Source: Rebecca billardiae RCC1528
Lineage: Eukaryota > Protista > Haptophyta
Direction: 5' to 3'
NCBI GenBank assembly: GCA_965240325.2
Contig: OZ251229.1
Location: 1,302,001-1,366,000, forward strand
Length of the DNA: 64,000 nt
Shown here: in pieces, positions 23,193-34,569 of the stretch
Layout: each line of letters opens with the position of its first letter
Position numbering within the stretch: position 1 is the stretch's first letter
The notes under the pieces: generated by a model
Seen by the model: the letters and a program-made list of their open reading frames with translations, nothing else
The model's database searches: none
What the model was told of the DNA's origin: nothing
Program-made: the position numbers and the translations under genes

Positions 23193-25598
23193 CTCCGGTC
23201 GGCGCTGCTGCTCGGCGTGCGTGGGCGCGGGGGGGCCGAGCGCGGCGCCGGCGAGCGCGGCGCGCGTCTCTCTCAGCAGCAAGCGCAGCTGGTCGTTCTG
23301 CAGCGCGAGCTCGCGCGCGGCCACCTCGTGCTCGGTCGCGCGCGCGCGCTGCCTCGCCAGCTCGACGCCGAGCGCGTCCGCGCGCGCTCGCGCCTCCTGG
23401 CCGGCCTCGCGCTCTCGGCGACCCTCGCGGCGGCGCGCGACGAGCACGTCGTGCGCGAGCTCGGGCGGCGCGCCCTTGAGCTCGTCCAGCTCCGCCTCGA
23501 GCTCCTCGAGCTCCGCCACCGCCTCGATCTCGAGCCCGAGCTGCGCGGCGCGCTCGCCCCGCTGCAGCGCGCGCGCCCGCAGCGCCCTCTTGAGGCGGAG
23601 GCGCTCGGCCTCGAGCGCGGCCAGCTCGTCCTCCAGCTGCAAGTTGGTGGCGCGCAGCCCCTCGAGCGCGACCTGGCTGCGCAGCCGCAGCGCGGAGAGG
23701 TCGTACCCCTCCCCCGGCCCGACGCCCAGCCTGTCGCGCAGCCCCTCCACCTCTTCCTTGAGCAGCTCGAGCTGGTCTTCGCGCGCGTTGCGCTCGCGCA
23801 CGAGCGCGCGGATGTCTGCATCGCGTACGGCGACGAGCGCCTGCAGCTCGTCGATCTCGGAGACCGCCTCGCGCAGCCCGTACACGCCGTGCTCGTACGC
23901 GCTCATCCGCGCGCGCAGCGCCTCCTTCTCGCCCTCCAGCCCCGCCACCGAGCCTTCCAGCTCCGCCGCGCGCGCCCGCTCCTCGACCAGTCTCGCGCTG
24001 GCGCGCCGCTCGGCGCCCGCCGCATCGCGCAGCTGCTTGGCCTGTGAAGCGCGCACCTCCGCCACGCGCCTGTCGGCGTCCTCCTGCTCGGCGAGGAGCT
24101 GCGCCTCGAGGTGCTCGATGCGCGCGTGCGCCTCGCGCGCCGCCGCCTCCGCCTCCGCCGAGCGCACGCCCGCCTCCGCCGCCGCGCCGCCCGCGCGCGC
24201 CTCGGCCAGCTCCGCGCGCGCCGCGCGCACCTCCTCCTCCAGCGCCTCCGCCGCGTGCTCGCGCTCGTCCAGCTCGTCGCCGCGCCTGCGCACCTCGGCC
24301 TGCAGCTGCTCGATCGACTCCTCGAGCTTGTCCGCCGCGGCGAGCAGGTCGTCGTGCTCGTCCTGCAGCGCGGTGTAGCTCTCCTGCACCGCCTCGAGCC
24401 GCGCCTCCGCCTCCGAGCGGTCAGACTCGGCGGCGCTCTGCTCGGCGCGCGCCGAGCGCAGCTGTTCGCGCAGAGAGTCGAGCTCGGCCGCGCGCTCGGC
24501 CGCCTCCGCCAGCACCTCGTCCAGGTCGGCGCGCAGCTCGTCGCGCTCCTTGTGCGCGCGGTCGACCGCGTCGTGCAGCAGCGAGAGCTCCGAGTCCTTC
24601 TCGCGGATCGTCCGCTTCCGCGCGCGCTCACCCTCGCGCTCTGCAACCGCCGAGTCGGCCAGCGCCTTGAGCCGCTCTTCTTTGTGCGCGAGCTTGTCCG
24701 TGAGCTGCTCGACCTCCTCCTCCAGCCCCTCGTACGCCTTGCGCGCCTCGCGCGTCTCGCGGCGCGACTTCTCGAGCGCCTCCTTCCCCGCCTCGAGCTG
24801 CTCTTCGAGCGAGGCGAGCTTCGCGGCGGTGCGCTTCTTTTCGCTCTGCGCGCGGCGGCGCGCCGGGCGAGCGCGCGCGGCGGGGGCGGCGCGCGTGGGC
24901 CGAGCGCGCACGGGCGGCGCGCGCGCGGGCCAGCAGCCCGCCGCCCCGCGCCCACCCAGCACGCCGCGCGTGCCCGGACGCGCCCGCTCGGCGCGGGCTT
25001 GGCGCCGCCCGCGCGCGCGCGCGCGGCCGCACACCTGGCTGGTGCGCTGCTCCTCCTCGAGCTGGGAGATGCGCGCGCGCAGCTGGTCGGCCGCGCGGCC
25101 GCCGCCGCCGCCGGTGGCGACCGTCGCCTCGCCGCTCTTCTTCAGGATGTCGCCCATGTCCTCCACCTCCTCGCTCTTCTCGCGCAGCTCCTCCTTCAGC
25201 TGCGCCACCTGCTCCTCGAGAGCGCGCAGCTCGGCGCGCGCCTTCTTGCGCGCCTCCTTCTCCTCCGCGAGCTCCTCGCGCGCATCGGCGAGCTCGCGCG
25301 CGGCGGCGCCCGCCGCGGCGTCGTGGTCGAGCTTCGCCTTGTCCTGTGACTCCTCGCTCGACTCGGCGCGCGCGACCTCCGCCTCCATGCACAGCTGCAT
25401 CACGCGCAGCGCCTTGGCGAGATCGGCGGCCGGCGCGCTCGCGTCGACTTTGAGGCCGCCGAGGCGGGGCGCGAGCTTGCGCAGCAGCTCGAGCTGCGAC
25501 TCGGAGCCGCTCAGCGCCTCGTCCACGTCCACCGCGCGCAGGTCCGGGTCGGCCAGCACCTCCTCCAGCTCGCGCGTCTTCTGCGCGAACGCCACCAT
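14927..25598 (-). CDS. CEP290: Centrosomal/transition-zone protein CEP290 homolog, about 3280 aa, 6 exons (25598-25035, 24845-16995, 16836-16585, 16432-16060, 15925-15795, 15598-14927)
   Basis: CEP290-diagnostic blocks RMSAYEHGVYGLREAVSEI...RDADI...LRDRLG...LEAERLRLK...RGERAAQLGL, RWEAEKRAQRRLDALRARL and C-terminal LSPEFFDEVEELKY. Five introns (one GC-AG) give an in-frame 9843-nt CDS. Confidence 0.88.
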
Positions 25599-26265
25599 CG
25601 CGGTGGCGTTCGAAATAGGGGGCGCCCGCCAAGGCCAACCGTCCGGAGAAGTGCCCTGGCAGCATGGCGCCCGCGATCTCAGGCTGCGCAAGGCCATGCA
25701 GGGGCTTTGGGAGGGCAGCCCGCTCGCGGAGAGACGTTGCGCCGGACCGCTAGTCGCCCTGCATCCCGCGAGCCGACGACTGGAAGCAGCGCCATGCGCC
25801 CTCGTCCGAGTGGCTGCAGATGAGTCCGACGGCTGGCCGAACACCTCCCGCCCCGGTGCGGCTGCGCGGCGACCGGGGTCGGCCGCGGCGGGTGCGCCCG
25901 GCGGCCCGCGGGTCGGCAAACCCGCACGAGTAGCCTGCGTCGTAGACTAGCGCTAACGGTGACGGTCGGGTACGACTGGCGTGGGTGATACTCACGGACC
26001 GACGGGGCCCACGGCCGACTGTCTGTCGCACGCGGCCGACTCTGTCTGTCGTCGGCCGCGCGGACCGGGACTGGCGGCGGACTGCTAAGACTGAGTCGAG
26101 TCTGACGGCGCCGGCACTTCTAAACAGCGCAATAACTTTTATCTGCTAGTCTGCTTATTTGAGGTAACAACTAGTTATGCCCAGCTTGGCTATGCAGTAT
26201 ACATGTGTCATCAACGTTGCTGCTGCTGCTTTGAACTTGAAGTTGAAGTGATGCGGGGCTGACCG

Positions 26266-26644
26266 TCACACACGCCGAATCTTGGCGTCCCTCACGGCGC
26301 CCATCATCGAGGGCAGCCCAGCGCCGCCGGCGCGCCCGCCCCCGTGTCCCTGCTGTCCCTGCTGCTGTCCGACGCTGCTCGGCCCGGCCCCGCCAGCCGG
26401 CCCGGCCTGCTGCTGAGACTGCGGACCCCGCTGGAACATCTGGCCAAACGTCGCGCCGGCCGCGGTCGACGCCTGCCCGGCGGCGGCGCGTGGGTCCCTC
26501 GAGGCGTACGCCGCGGTGAGCGCCGCCAGCTCGGCCGGGTGCGTGCGGCCGAGCGTCGCCGGGTCGTCCGCTGCGGCCGAGCGCGCGCGTCGACGGCCGC
26601 GCGGAGCCGGCGGGTCGTGAGCGCGCGCGGCGCGAAGCGCGCGC

Positions 26645-26677
<33 letters not shown>

Positions 26678-29164
26678 GCCGCGCGCACGCACCGTAGCTC
26701 ACGAAGATGGTCGCGGTCGCGCTCTCCACCATGTCTGTCACCTGCTGCGTGACAGTGAAGCCCGTCCAGAAGCCGAGCATGCCGATGGCCAGCAGCGTGT
26801 TCAGCGAGGCGCCGAGCCCGAGCCCGAGAAAAAGGGCGAGCACGCCGGAGAGGCAGCCGCCGAGCACGCAGCCGAAGAGGAGCACGTTGCCGATCAGGTC
26901 GTCGTTCACGAGGCTCTCCATCCCCTTCGCCTTGAGCATGCGCCACGTGTCGCTCGCCGCCTGCAGCGCACGCCGCCCGCCGGCCGCGCCGCGCGCGCGA
27001 GTCAGCTCTGCGCGCGCGGCGGGGGCGGCGCGCGCGCGGCGCGGCGCGCGCGCGGCGCGGCGCGGTGCGGCGAGCGGCGCGGCGAGCCGCCGCCGCGCAC
27101 CTGCGTGAACGACACGCCGTACAGCGCGACGCGCACGTAAGCGTAGTGGTTGAAGTACTCGACGAGCCAGTCGAGCGCGCCCAGGCAGCAGAGCAGACAG
27201 GAGCGGCAGCACGCCTCAACGCACAGCCCGCCCTCGCCGCAGCAGCCGCCGCCGCCGTCGGCAGACGCGTTCATGTTGTGCACGAGCGTGCGCAGCGTGC
27301 GCAGCACGGCGGTGAGCAGCGCGCCCTGGCAGATCGAGCCGAACGACGTGGTGCACGCGCGGCGCAGCGCGCCCTCCACCGCGTCCGCCGGCGCCGCGCC
27401 CCCCTGGAAGTACCACGCGCCGACCGCGCCCGCGCACGCGACGTGCGCGACACCTTTGAGCACCTGCGATGTCCAGAAGAACATGAGGATGAGGAAGAGC
27501 GCGACGAGGCCGCTGCCGCCGGTCGCGAGCATCGTCGCGCCGTACGTCCACACCCACAGCCCGATCCACGCGAGCTCCGCCGCCATCGCGCCGTACGGCA
27601 GCGCCGTGCGCGCGCGCGGGAACGCGCGCAGCGCCGTGAGCGAGACGCGCAGCACCGCGACTGCAAACGGGATGTGCCTGCGCACGACGTACGTGTAGAA
27701 GGCCATGAGCAGGAAGAGGAGGAGGTAGAGCACGCAGCCCTGGCTGATCAGCACGCACGAGACCACCGCGAGCACCAGCGCCGCGCCCAGCGCCGCGTAC
27801 ATCGTGAACGGCACGAGCTGCTCCGCGTGACTAAACATGAGGCCGAGGTAGGCGGCGCCGAAGAGTGCCGCGGCCGCGCTGCACGCCAGCAGCACGCCGA
27901 CGAGCAACGAGGCGGAGAGCGCGTCGGCGGGCGCGCCGACGGCCAGGGGCGCGGTCGCCGAGCCGCCGATCGTCGCGATGAGCACGCCCAGCATGCACAG
28001 CGCCCACACCAGCGCCCAGTTCCGGTCCCGCCACTGCGAGTCAGCATGGCCGCCCTCTTGCTCGGCACCGCCGCCCGGCTGCTCGGGCGGACGGCCCGCC
28101 TCCACGCCCGTTGGCTGCGCGTACGGCGGCTGCTGCTGCGCGTGCGGCTGCTGCTGCTGCGCGTACGGCTGCTGCTGCTGCGCGTACGCCTGCGCGTACG
28201 CCTGCGGCTGCGGCTGCGGCTGCGCGCTCGAGCTCGGCTGCGCGGACGCACGCGTGCGCTCCACAGCCTGAGTCACGAGCCCGGTGGCGCGCGAGAGTAG
28301 TCCGCTGGCACCGCCGCCTGACGCACCGGCGGGCGTCGCGCTCGCCGAGCTGGCCGCGGCGGCCGCGCCCGCGGGCGGCGGCGCCGGCGGCGCAGCCCCG
28401 GACGGGGCCGCCTGCGCACCGCCATGCTGAGCGGGCGGCGCCCCCCGAGGCTGCTGCCGCCACAACGGCACGTCCGTGAAGGCGGCCCCGGCCGCGCCGC
28501 CCGGTGCGGGCTGCGGCTGCGCGGGCGTGGGCTGGGCCTGCGACCAGCTCGGCGCGGCGGCCGCCACCTGCGCCCCAGGATAGCCTCCCACGCCCACGGG
28601 CGGCGCGGGCGCCGGCTCTGTCGGTGGCTCGAACTGCGGCGCCGGCTGAGCCACGTGGCCGGGCGGCGCGACCGGCGCGTACGACGGTGGCGGCGGCACG
28701 GCATCCGGGCGGCTCTCGGCAGCGGCGGCGTCCGCACCGCCGCCAGCCTGCTCGGCAGCGCGCCTCTCGGCGTCCTTCCGCTCCTGCTCCTGCCGCCACG
28801 CCTCCACCTTTGTGGCCGCGCTCTGCGAGGCCGTGGCCGTCGCCTGCGCCGCCTTCTGCGCCGCGGAGGCCGCGACGGTGCTCGCCTGCTTCGCCGCGGC
28901 GCCGGCCTTCTCGCCAAAGGTCGACATGCGCGACGAGCTCCCACCGCCGCCCGGGGCCACCGACGAGGCCGCCGGCGGCGGCGCGGCCGGTCGCGCGTCC
29001 ACCGGCTCTCCATGCACCACGCCACCGACCGCGGCGGGCGGGGGCGGGCCCTGGGCCGAGTACGCGGGCTGCGCGTCGTCGAAGGGGTTGGTTGACGCGC
29101 TGGGCGGGGCTGGCGTTGCGCACACCACCGGAAGCTGCGACTGCGGCCGCTGCTGCTCGCTCAT
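26266..29164 (-). CDS. Choline transporter-like (CTL/SLC44/PNS1 family) protein, 3 exons (29164-27101, 26960-26693, 26570-26266)
   Basis: Pro/Gln-rich N-terminus, then WRD, multiple TM helices, RRHIPFA, FFWTSQV, GAVGAWYF, TTSFGSICQGAL, EYFNHYAYVRVALYGVSFTQA, LVNDDL and FVSYADDP (spliced). Confidence 0.9.
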
Positions 29165-29525
29165 GGCCGACGGCACCGCCGCCCGGGCCGCCGGCAATGA
29201 TGGCAGTCGAGACGCGAAAACTCGCGCGCGAGAAAAGCGCAGCAGCTGTGCATGCTGCATCCGCGCTGCTGTCTCGACAAATAAAAAAGCAGGCTGCGCG
29301 CGTGGGTGCGCAGTGGCGCTCGCCAGCGCAAGCCGCCCGGTGATTCGCTGCGGCAGCCGCACGCACGCGCACGGGGGCACGGGCACGGCACGGCACGGTT
29401 GGCCACTCGCCACTCGAAGCGACCGTGACCCAGACGAAACTTCGAGTGTAACCCCGCCCTTTTTTGAGCTGGTCCAGGAAAGTGGAGGCTGCGCCACCCA
29501 TCCGCCGCCTCGCGCGCGCATCCAG

Positions 29526-31028
29526 ATGCGGCTGGCGGTGGCGTGGCTGTTCATCGGCAGCGTCGCCGGGGGCGGGGGATGGCTCCGCGGCGCTGCCGAA
29601 TCGCACGCACGCGGCGCAGCCCGCGCGCTGCGTGCGCTCAGCGGCCGTCTCTCCTCGCTGGCGCCCGCGGAGGCGGAGGACCGGACCGGCCTGCAGCAGC
29701 GGATGATGCACCAGCTCATGACGCAGCAGCAGCAGCCGCGAGCGCTGATCTCGTACCCGCCCACGGCGGCCGATGCGGCCGTACACGACGTGCCGTACAC
29801 CGGCGGCGCGTTCGCGATGCCGCCGAGCCCGAGCTGGCTCCCGCGCCGGCTGCGGCTGCTGCTGACGCCTCGGCACTGCCCGCAGCTGATCCAAGGGGCG
29901 CTGCTGCTCAGCCTCGCGCCGTACAACCTCAACGCCACGCGCGAGTCGGTCGTCGTGGGCGCGCCGTGCGTGCGCCAGCAGTGGCTCGTCGACCGCGCCC
30001 TCCGCCCCGCGCGCCCGCGCTGGAGCCCCGCGCTCGGCGCCGTGCTGCCGGCCGGTCCGAGCGGCCGAGGCGGCTCGGGCGTGCACGTCACCCAGACGAT
30101 CCGCTCGCCGCGCGTGTGCTGCGTGATCTCGTGGCGCGCGCGGCCGACGCGCTCAGACGCCGCCGGGCCCGCCGCCGACCGCCTCGTCACCGTCGCCTTC
30201 CGCGGCACCAAGGAGCTGTGCGACGTCCTCACCGACATTGACATGCTGCCCGCGCGGTATCGCGCGCGCGGCGGCGCGGCCGGCGGCGGCGGCGGGGCGG
30301 GCGGCTCGTTCGCGAGCGGCGGAGGGGAGGGCGCGCGCGCGGCGCGCGCGCCGACGGACGAGCGCGCGCACTGCCACCGCGGCATCGTGCGCGCCTTCGA
30401 GTCCGTCTCCGCCGAGCTCGACGCCGTGCTCGCGCACGCGCTGCCGGAGGGCGGGCGGGTGCTGTACACAGGGCACTCGCTCGGCGGCGCGCTCGCGCAG
30501 CTCGGCGCGGTGCACGCGTCGCGCTGCAGCACGGCGCGGCGGCCGCTGCGCCCGACGCTGGTCACCTTCGCCGCGCCCGCGATCGGCAACCGCCAGTTCG
30601 TCTCCGAGCTCAACGCGGCGGTGGAGCCGCACGGCGGGCTGCGCGTGCACAACCAAGGGGACCCTGTCCCATCGCTCAGCCGAGCGCTCGGGTACAGGCA
30701 CGGCGGCGTCTCGCTGCAGCTGCCGCTCGCGGAGAACGCGCGGCGCGCGTACGCGAGCGCGTCGGCGGAGCACCCGGCGTTCGGCGCGATCGCGCCGCAC
30801 GTGCTCTACCACATCGGGCACACGGTGTACGGCGTGTGGACGCCGACGCCACGCGCGCCGGGAGCGGGCCAGCCAGCGGCGGCCGCCGCCACCTCGCCCG
30901 CAGGCGGCCTCTCGCGGACCGGCGCGAGGGTGACGCGCGCCCTCAGGGGTGCGGCGTGGGGTGCGTCCGGGGTGGCGCGCCGGCTGGCCATCGCGAAGGC
31001 AGCCTCGAGTGTGCGCAACTTCGGCTGA
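29526..31028 (+). CDS. Class-3 (fungal-type) lipase with hydrophobic N-terminus (500 aa)
   Basis: VAFRGT, HRG, YTGHSLGGALA, VTFAAPAIGN, GDPVP and a C-terminal His. Confidence 0.9.
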   Translation: MRLAVAWLFIGSVAGGGGWLRGAAESHARGAARALRALSGRLSSLAPAEAEDRTGLQQRMMHQLMTQQQQPRALISYPPTAADAAVHDVPYTGGAFAMPPSPSWLPRRLRLLLTPRHCPQLIQGALLLSLAPYNLNATRESVVVGAPCVRQQWLVDRALRPARPRWSPALGAVLPAGPSGRGGSGVHVTQTIRSPRVCCVISWRARPTRSDAAGPAADRLVTVAFRGTKELCDVLTDIDMLPARYRARGGAAGGGGGAGGSFASGGGEGARAARAPTDERAHCHRGIVRAFESVSAELDAVLAHALPEGGRVLYTGHSLGGALAQLGAVHASRCSTARRPLRPTLVTFAAPAIGNRQFVSELNAAVEPHGGLRVHNQGDPVPSLSRALGYRHGGVSLQLPLAENARRAYASASAEHPAFGAIAPHVLYHIGHTVYGVWTPTPRAPGAGQPAAAAATSPAGGLSRTGARVTRALRGAAWGASGVARRLAIAKAASSVRNFG

Positions 31029-31208
31029 AGTCGTGCGTGCTGCAGTTCGGTGACTACTGGGTCGGGCGGACATCATGTGTGACAGTGCGACCGAGTGTTC
31101 ACTCGGTGACCGCGTTGAGTGATCGGCTGGCACTGAGACTGAGTGGCCGAGCCTGAGCCGGCATGCGCACCGCGCAGCGTTGAGCGTGCTCGGTGCTGAG
31201 CAGATGAC

Positions 31209-31212
<4 letters not shown>

Positions 31213-31299
<87 letters not shown>
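31213..31299. repeat. (TA)n microsatellite between convergent lipase and myosin 3' ends
   Basis: Uninterrupted TA run of about 87 bp. Confidence 0.97.
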
Positions 31300-31303
<4 letters not shown>

Positions 31304-31479
31304 AGCAGCTACTGCTTAGTAAGCTAGACTGCTACGCTACGACCGCTGCCGACGACTCAGTCGTACTCATGAGTCATGTCTCATGCTCAGTCTCAGTCAT
31401 CGCGTCACGATTCGACACTCATCGACATCGTCATCATCGTCGATCAACGGTGCAGATCTGTCTGACGCGCAAGGGGTGG

Positions 31480-34400
31480 TCACGACGACGCGGCACTCTT
31501 GGACGCTTTGGGCGCCTTCGCCTCCCACATTTTGATCTTGGCGTCATCGCCTGCGCTGTAGAGCGTCTTTGAGGTCGTGTCGTACACCACGCACCTCAAG
31601 AACTTGGTGTGTCCTGAGGCGCGGCGGCGGGACGAGGGCGGCGCGGCCGAGCGTGAGCGTGCGCGACGCGGCGCGCGGCGCGCGAGGCGTGGGAGAGGCA
31701 GGAGCGGGGCGCCACCGCCGCGCCGCACCGAACAGCGTGGTGCACTCGCCCGACTTGAGGTTCCACACCTTCACCTTGCGGTCCTCCGCGCCCGAGTAGA
31801 GCGTGCCAGAGTCGTTGTGCAGGTAGAGCGCGCGCACCACGCCCTCGTGCCTGCGGCAGCCGGCGGGAGGCAGCGGCGCGGAAGGGCGGGGCGGTGGGCA
31901 CGCGGCGCGGCGCGCTGGGCCCCGGGGCGTGTCGTCGCGCGAGCGGCGAGCCGGGCCGCTGCACGCGCCCGACGGAGCGGCGCGCGGGGCGCGGCCCCGC
32001 GGCCCCGCGGCCCGCGCGGCGCCCGCCATCCCCGGGGCGCGGCCCACGCCTTGCGGTGACGCGAGCGCGCCCGCCGCCTCCGCGGCCGGCGCGGCGCGCG
32101 CAGCAAGCGCGCGCGAGGCCCGCGCGGGCCCGCTGCTCGCTCGCTCGCGCGCGCGCGCGCACCCGAGCAGCACGTGCGACTTCTGCATGGTGTGCAGGTT
32201 CCACACGCGCACCTTGAAGTCGGAGCAGCCTCCGTACACGTTCTCGCTGCCCACCGCCACCGAGTACACGTCCGCGGCCGCCTGGAAAGTGGCGAGCAGC
32301 ATCATGTTGCTCATGTTCCAAACCTGCGCCGGGCGCGCGCGGCGCGCGGCGCGCGGCGCGCGGCACGCACGAGCGTGCCCGCGGCGGGTGCGCGGCCGAG
32401 ACGGCGAGAGCGGCGCGCGGCGAGCGGCGCGTGAGCGCGCGCGCGCGCGGCGCGCGAAGCGCAGACCGGTGGCTGGTCGCGCGCGCGCGGCGCGCCGCCC
32501 TGCCTTCGGCGCGGTGCGCGGTGCCCGCGGTGCGCCGCGCGGGCGGTGCGCCGCGCGGGCGGTGCGCCGCGCGCGCGCACCTTGACCGTCTTGTCCCGCG
32601 AGCCCGACACGAGGTGCGTGCCGTTGTGGATCGCGAGCGCGCGCACCCAGCCGTCGTGGCCGTGCTTGCCCTCCAGTGTGTGCACCGGCGTGAACGTGTC
32701 GAGCGACCACACGCGGATCGACTTGTCGTTGCCGCCGGAGACGAGGACGGAGCCGTGCATCGCGAGGGCGCGCACGCGCTGCTTGTGCCCCTTGAGCGTC
32801 GCGCGCTTGCGCAGCGTGTTCAGGTCCCACACGATGATCATCTTGTCGTCCGACGCGGAGACGAGCACGCGCTCGGTGATGACGAGCGCGCACACCGCGG
32901 CGGTGTGCCCCTTGAGCGAGTCAAAGCCGGGCTTGGAGCCCGAGGGCAGGTTGATGTACCGGTCCATGTGCCACACCTGGATGTCGCCGCCGTACAGTCC
33001 GGAGAAGACCTTGTGCCCCTGCACGGCGAGCGCGTACACCGCGTCGCCCAGCCCCTCGAGCGTCGCCGTGTTCACGATCGGCAGCTTCTTGTGCGACGCG
33101 GCGCCGTCGACCGGCCCGCCGCCCGCGAGCGTGGTGGTGGTGGTGGTGGTGGTGGGCGCCGCTTCCTCGTCCGACTTGGGCGGGATGTCGAGCGCGGCGG
33201 TGATCGGGTTGTGCACGATCGAGACGAGGAAGTTGAACGCCTGGAACGCGCTCAGCGGGTGGCAGTACGCCATCCCCCAGTGCCCGTCGTTGTACTTGCG
33301 CGCGCGCAGGATCACGTGCCCGCGCTGCGGCGGCACGTCGTGGTAGAGCTCGATCACGCCGCCAGGCGCGACGACGAGCTGGCCGCGCAGGATGAACATG
33401 TGGTCGGTGCGGCCGGCCTTGTACAGCTGAAGCATCGCCTCCTCGGGCGCGGAGGGGCGGAACTGCGCGCACGCGCCGTCCTTGCGCACGCGCGGGATCA
33501 CCAGCTCCACCTGCAGCGGGCCCACCATCTTCTTCTTGTACACGATCAGCCCGAGCTCGCGCCGCGGCTGTCCCGTCTTGAGCCCGTACGGGTCGTTGGA
33601 GTCATCGTGCATCACCCACTCCTGCGACTTGGTGTTGGTGCGCAGCCGGCCGGCGAAGGCGGGCTTGCCGCCCGGCGCGGACGGCGCGTCGCCCTCCTGG
33701 TCGAGCGACACCATGAACTCGATGCGCTGCGCGTTCGCCCGCTTGGACGCGGAGAAGGCGAACGCGCGGTAGTTCTCGGAAAGTACCAGGTAGAGCGCGT
33801 GCTTTGGGAAGAGAGAGGAGCCGCCCTCCTTCAGGAAGTGCGTCTCGTTCATCAGCGGCGTGGGCTCGGCCCAGCGCGCGGGGTTGATCAGCAGCGCGCG
33901 CACGTCCGTGTCCGCCTTCGTGATCCCGAACCGCTCGTGCAGCGCCTTCGTCGAGCGCGGCGTCGAGAGCGAGAGAGCGGCGGAGACGGAGGTGGTGCCG
34001 CCGCCGCCGCCGTCCGCGCCGCCGCCGCCGCCGCCCGCGCCGCCCGACGACAGCTCGCCCGCCATCGCCTCGCGCCGCTTGGCGAGGTCGGCGGTGGTGA
34101 GCGCGGCGTTGTCGACGTGCGGCTGCCCCTGCGGCGCGTGCGCGCGCTGCAGCTTCATCTTCAGGTACAGGTTCTGGTAGTGCTCGTCGAGCGGGTGCTG
34201 GCGCGACGACTGTCCCGTTGTCTCGTTGTAGAAGTAGAGCAGCCCGTGCGGGTCGAGCATCTCGACCCAGCCCGGCGGGTCTGGCGCCATCAGCGCCTCC
34301 TCCGCGATCCAGAGCAGGTCCTGGTCGACGTTGGGGTCCATCCCGAGGTACACGGCGTACTCGAGGATATCCTCGGGCAGCGCCTTGAACTCCGCCTTGT

Positions 34401-34521
34401 ACCGCGCCGACTCCTTGGGCGCGTCCTTTGGGCGCGCGCGCGGCGTCCAGTTCTTGGCGGCCTCGTCCTTCTCCGCCGCCTTGTGCGCCGCGTCCGACAC
34501 CTTGCCCATGTCCAGCCTGAA

Positions 34522-34569
<48 letters not shown>

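Noticed and set aside
14805-25919. 3704-aa single ORF taken at face value
   Set aside because: It reads through introns and leaves the true frame after 16995. The CEP290 C-terminal motif is in another frame (14927..15850), so the spliced model is preferred.
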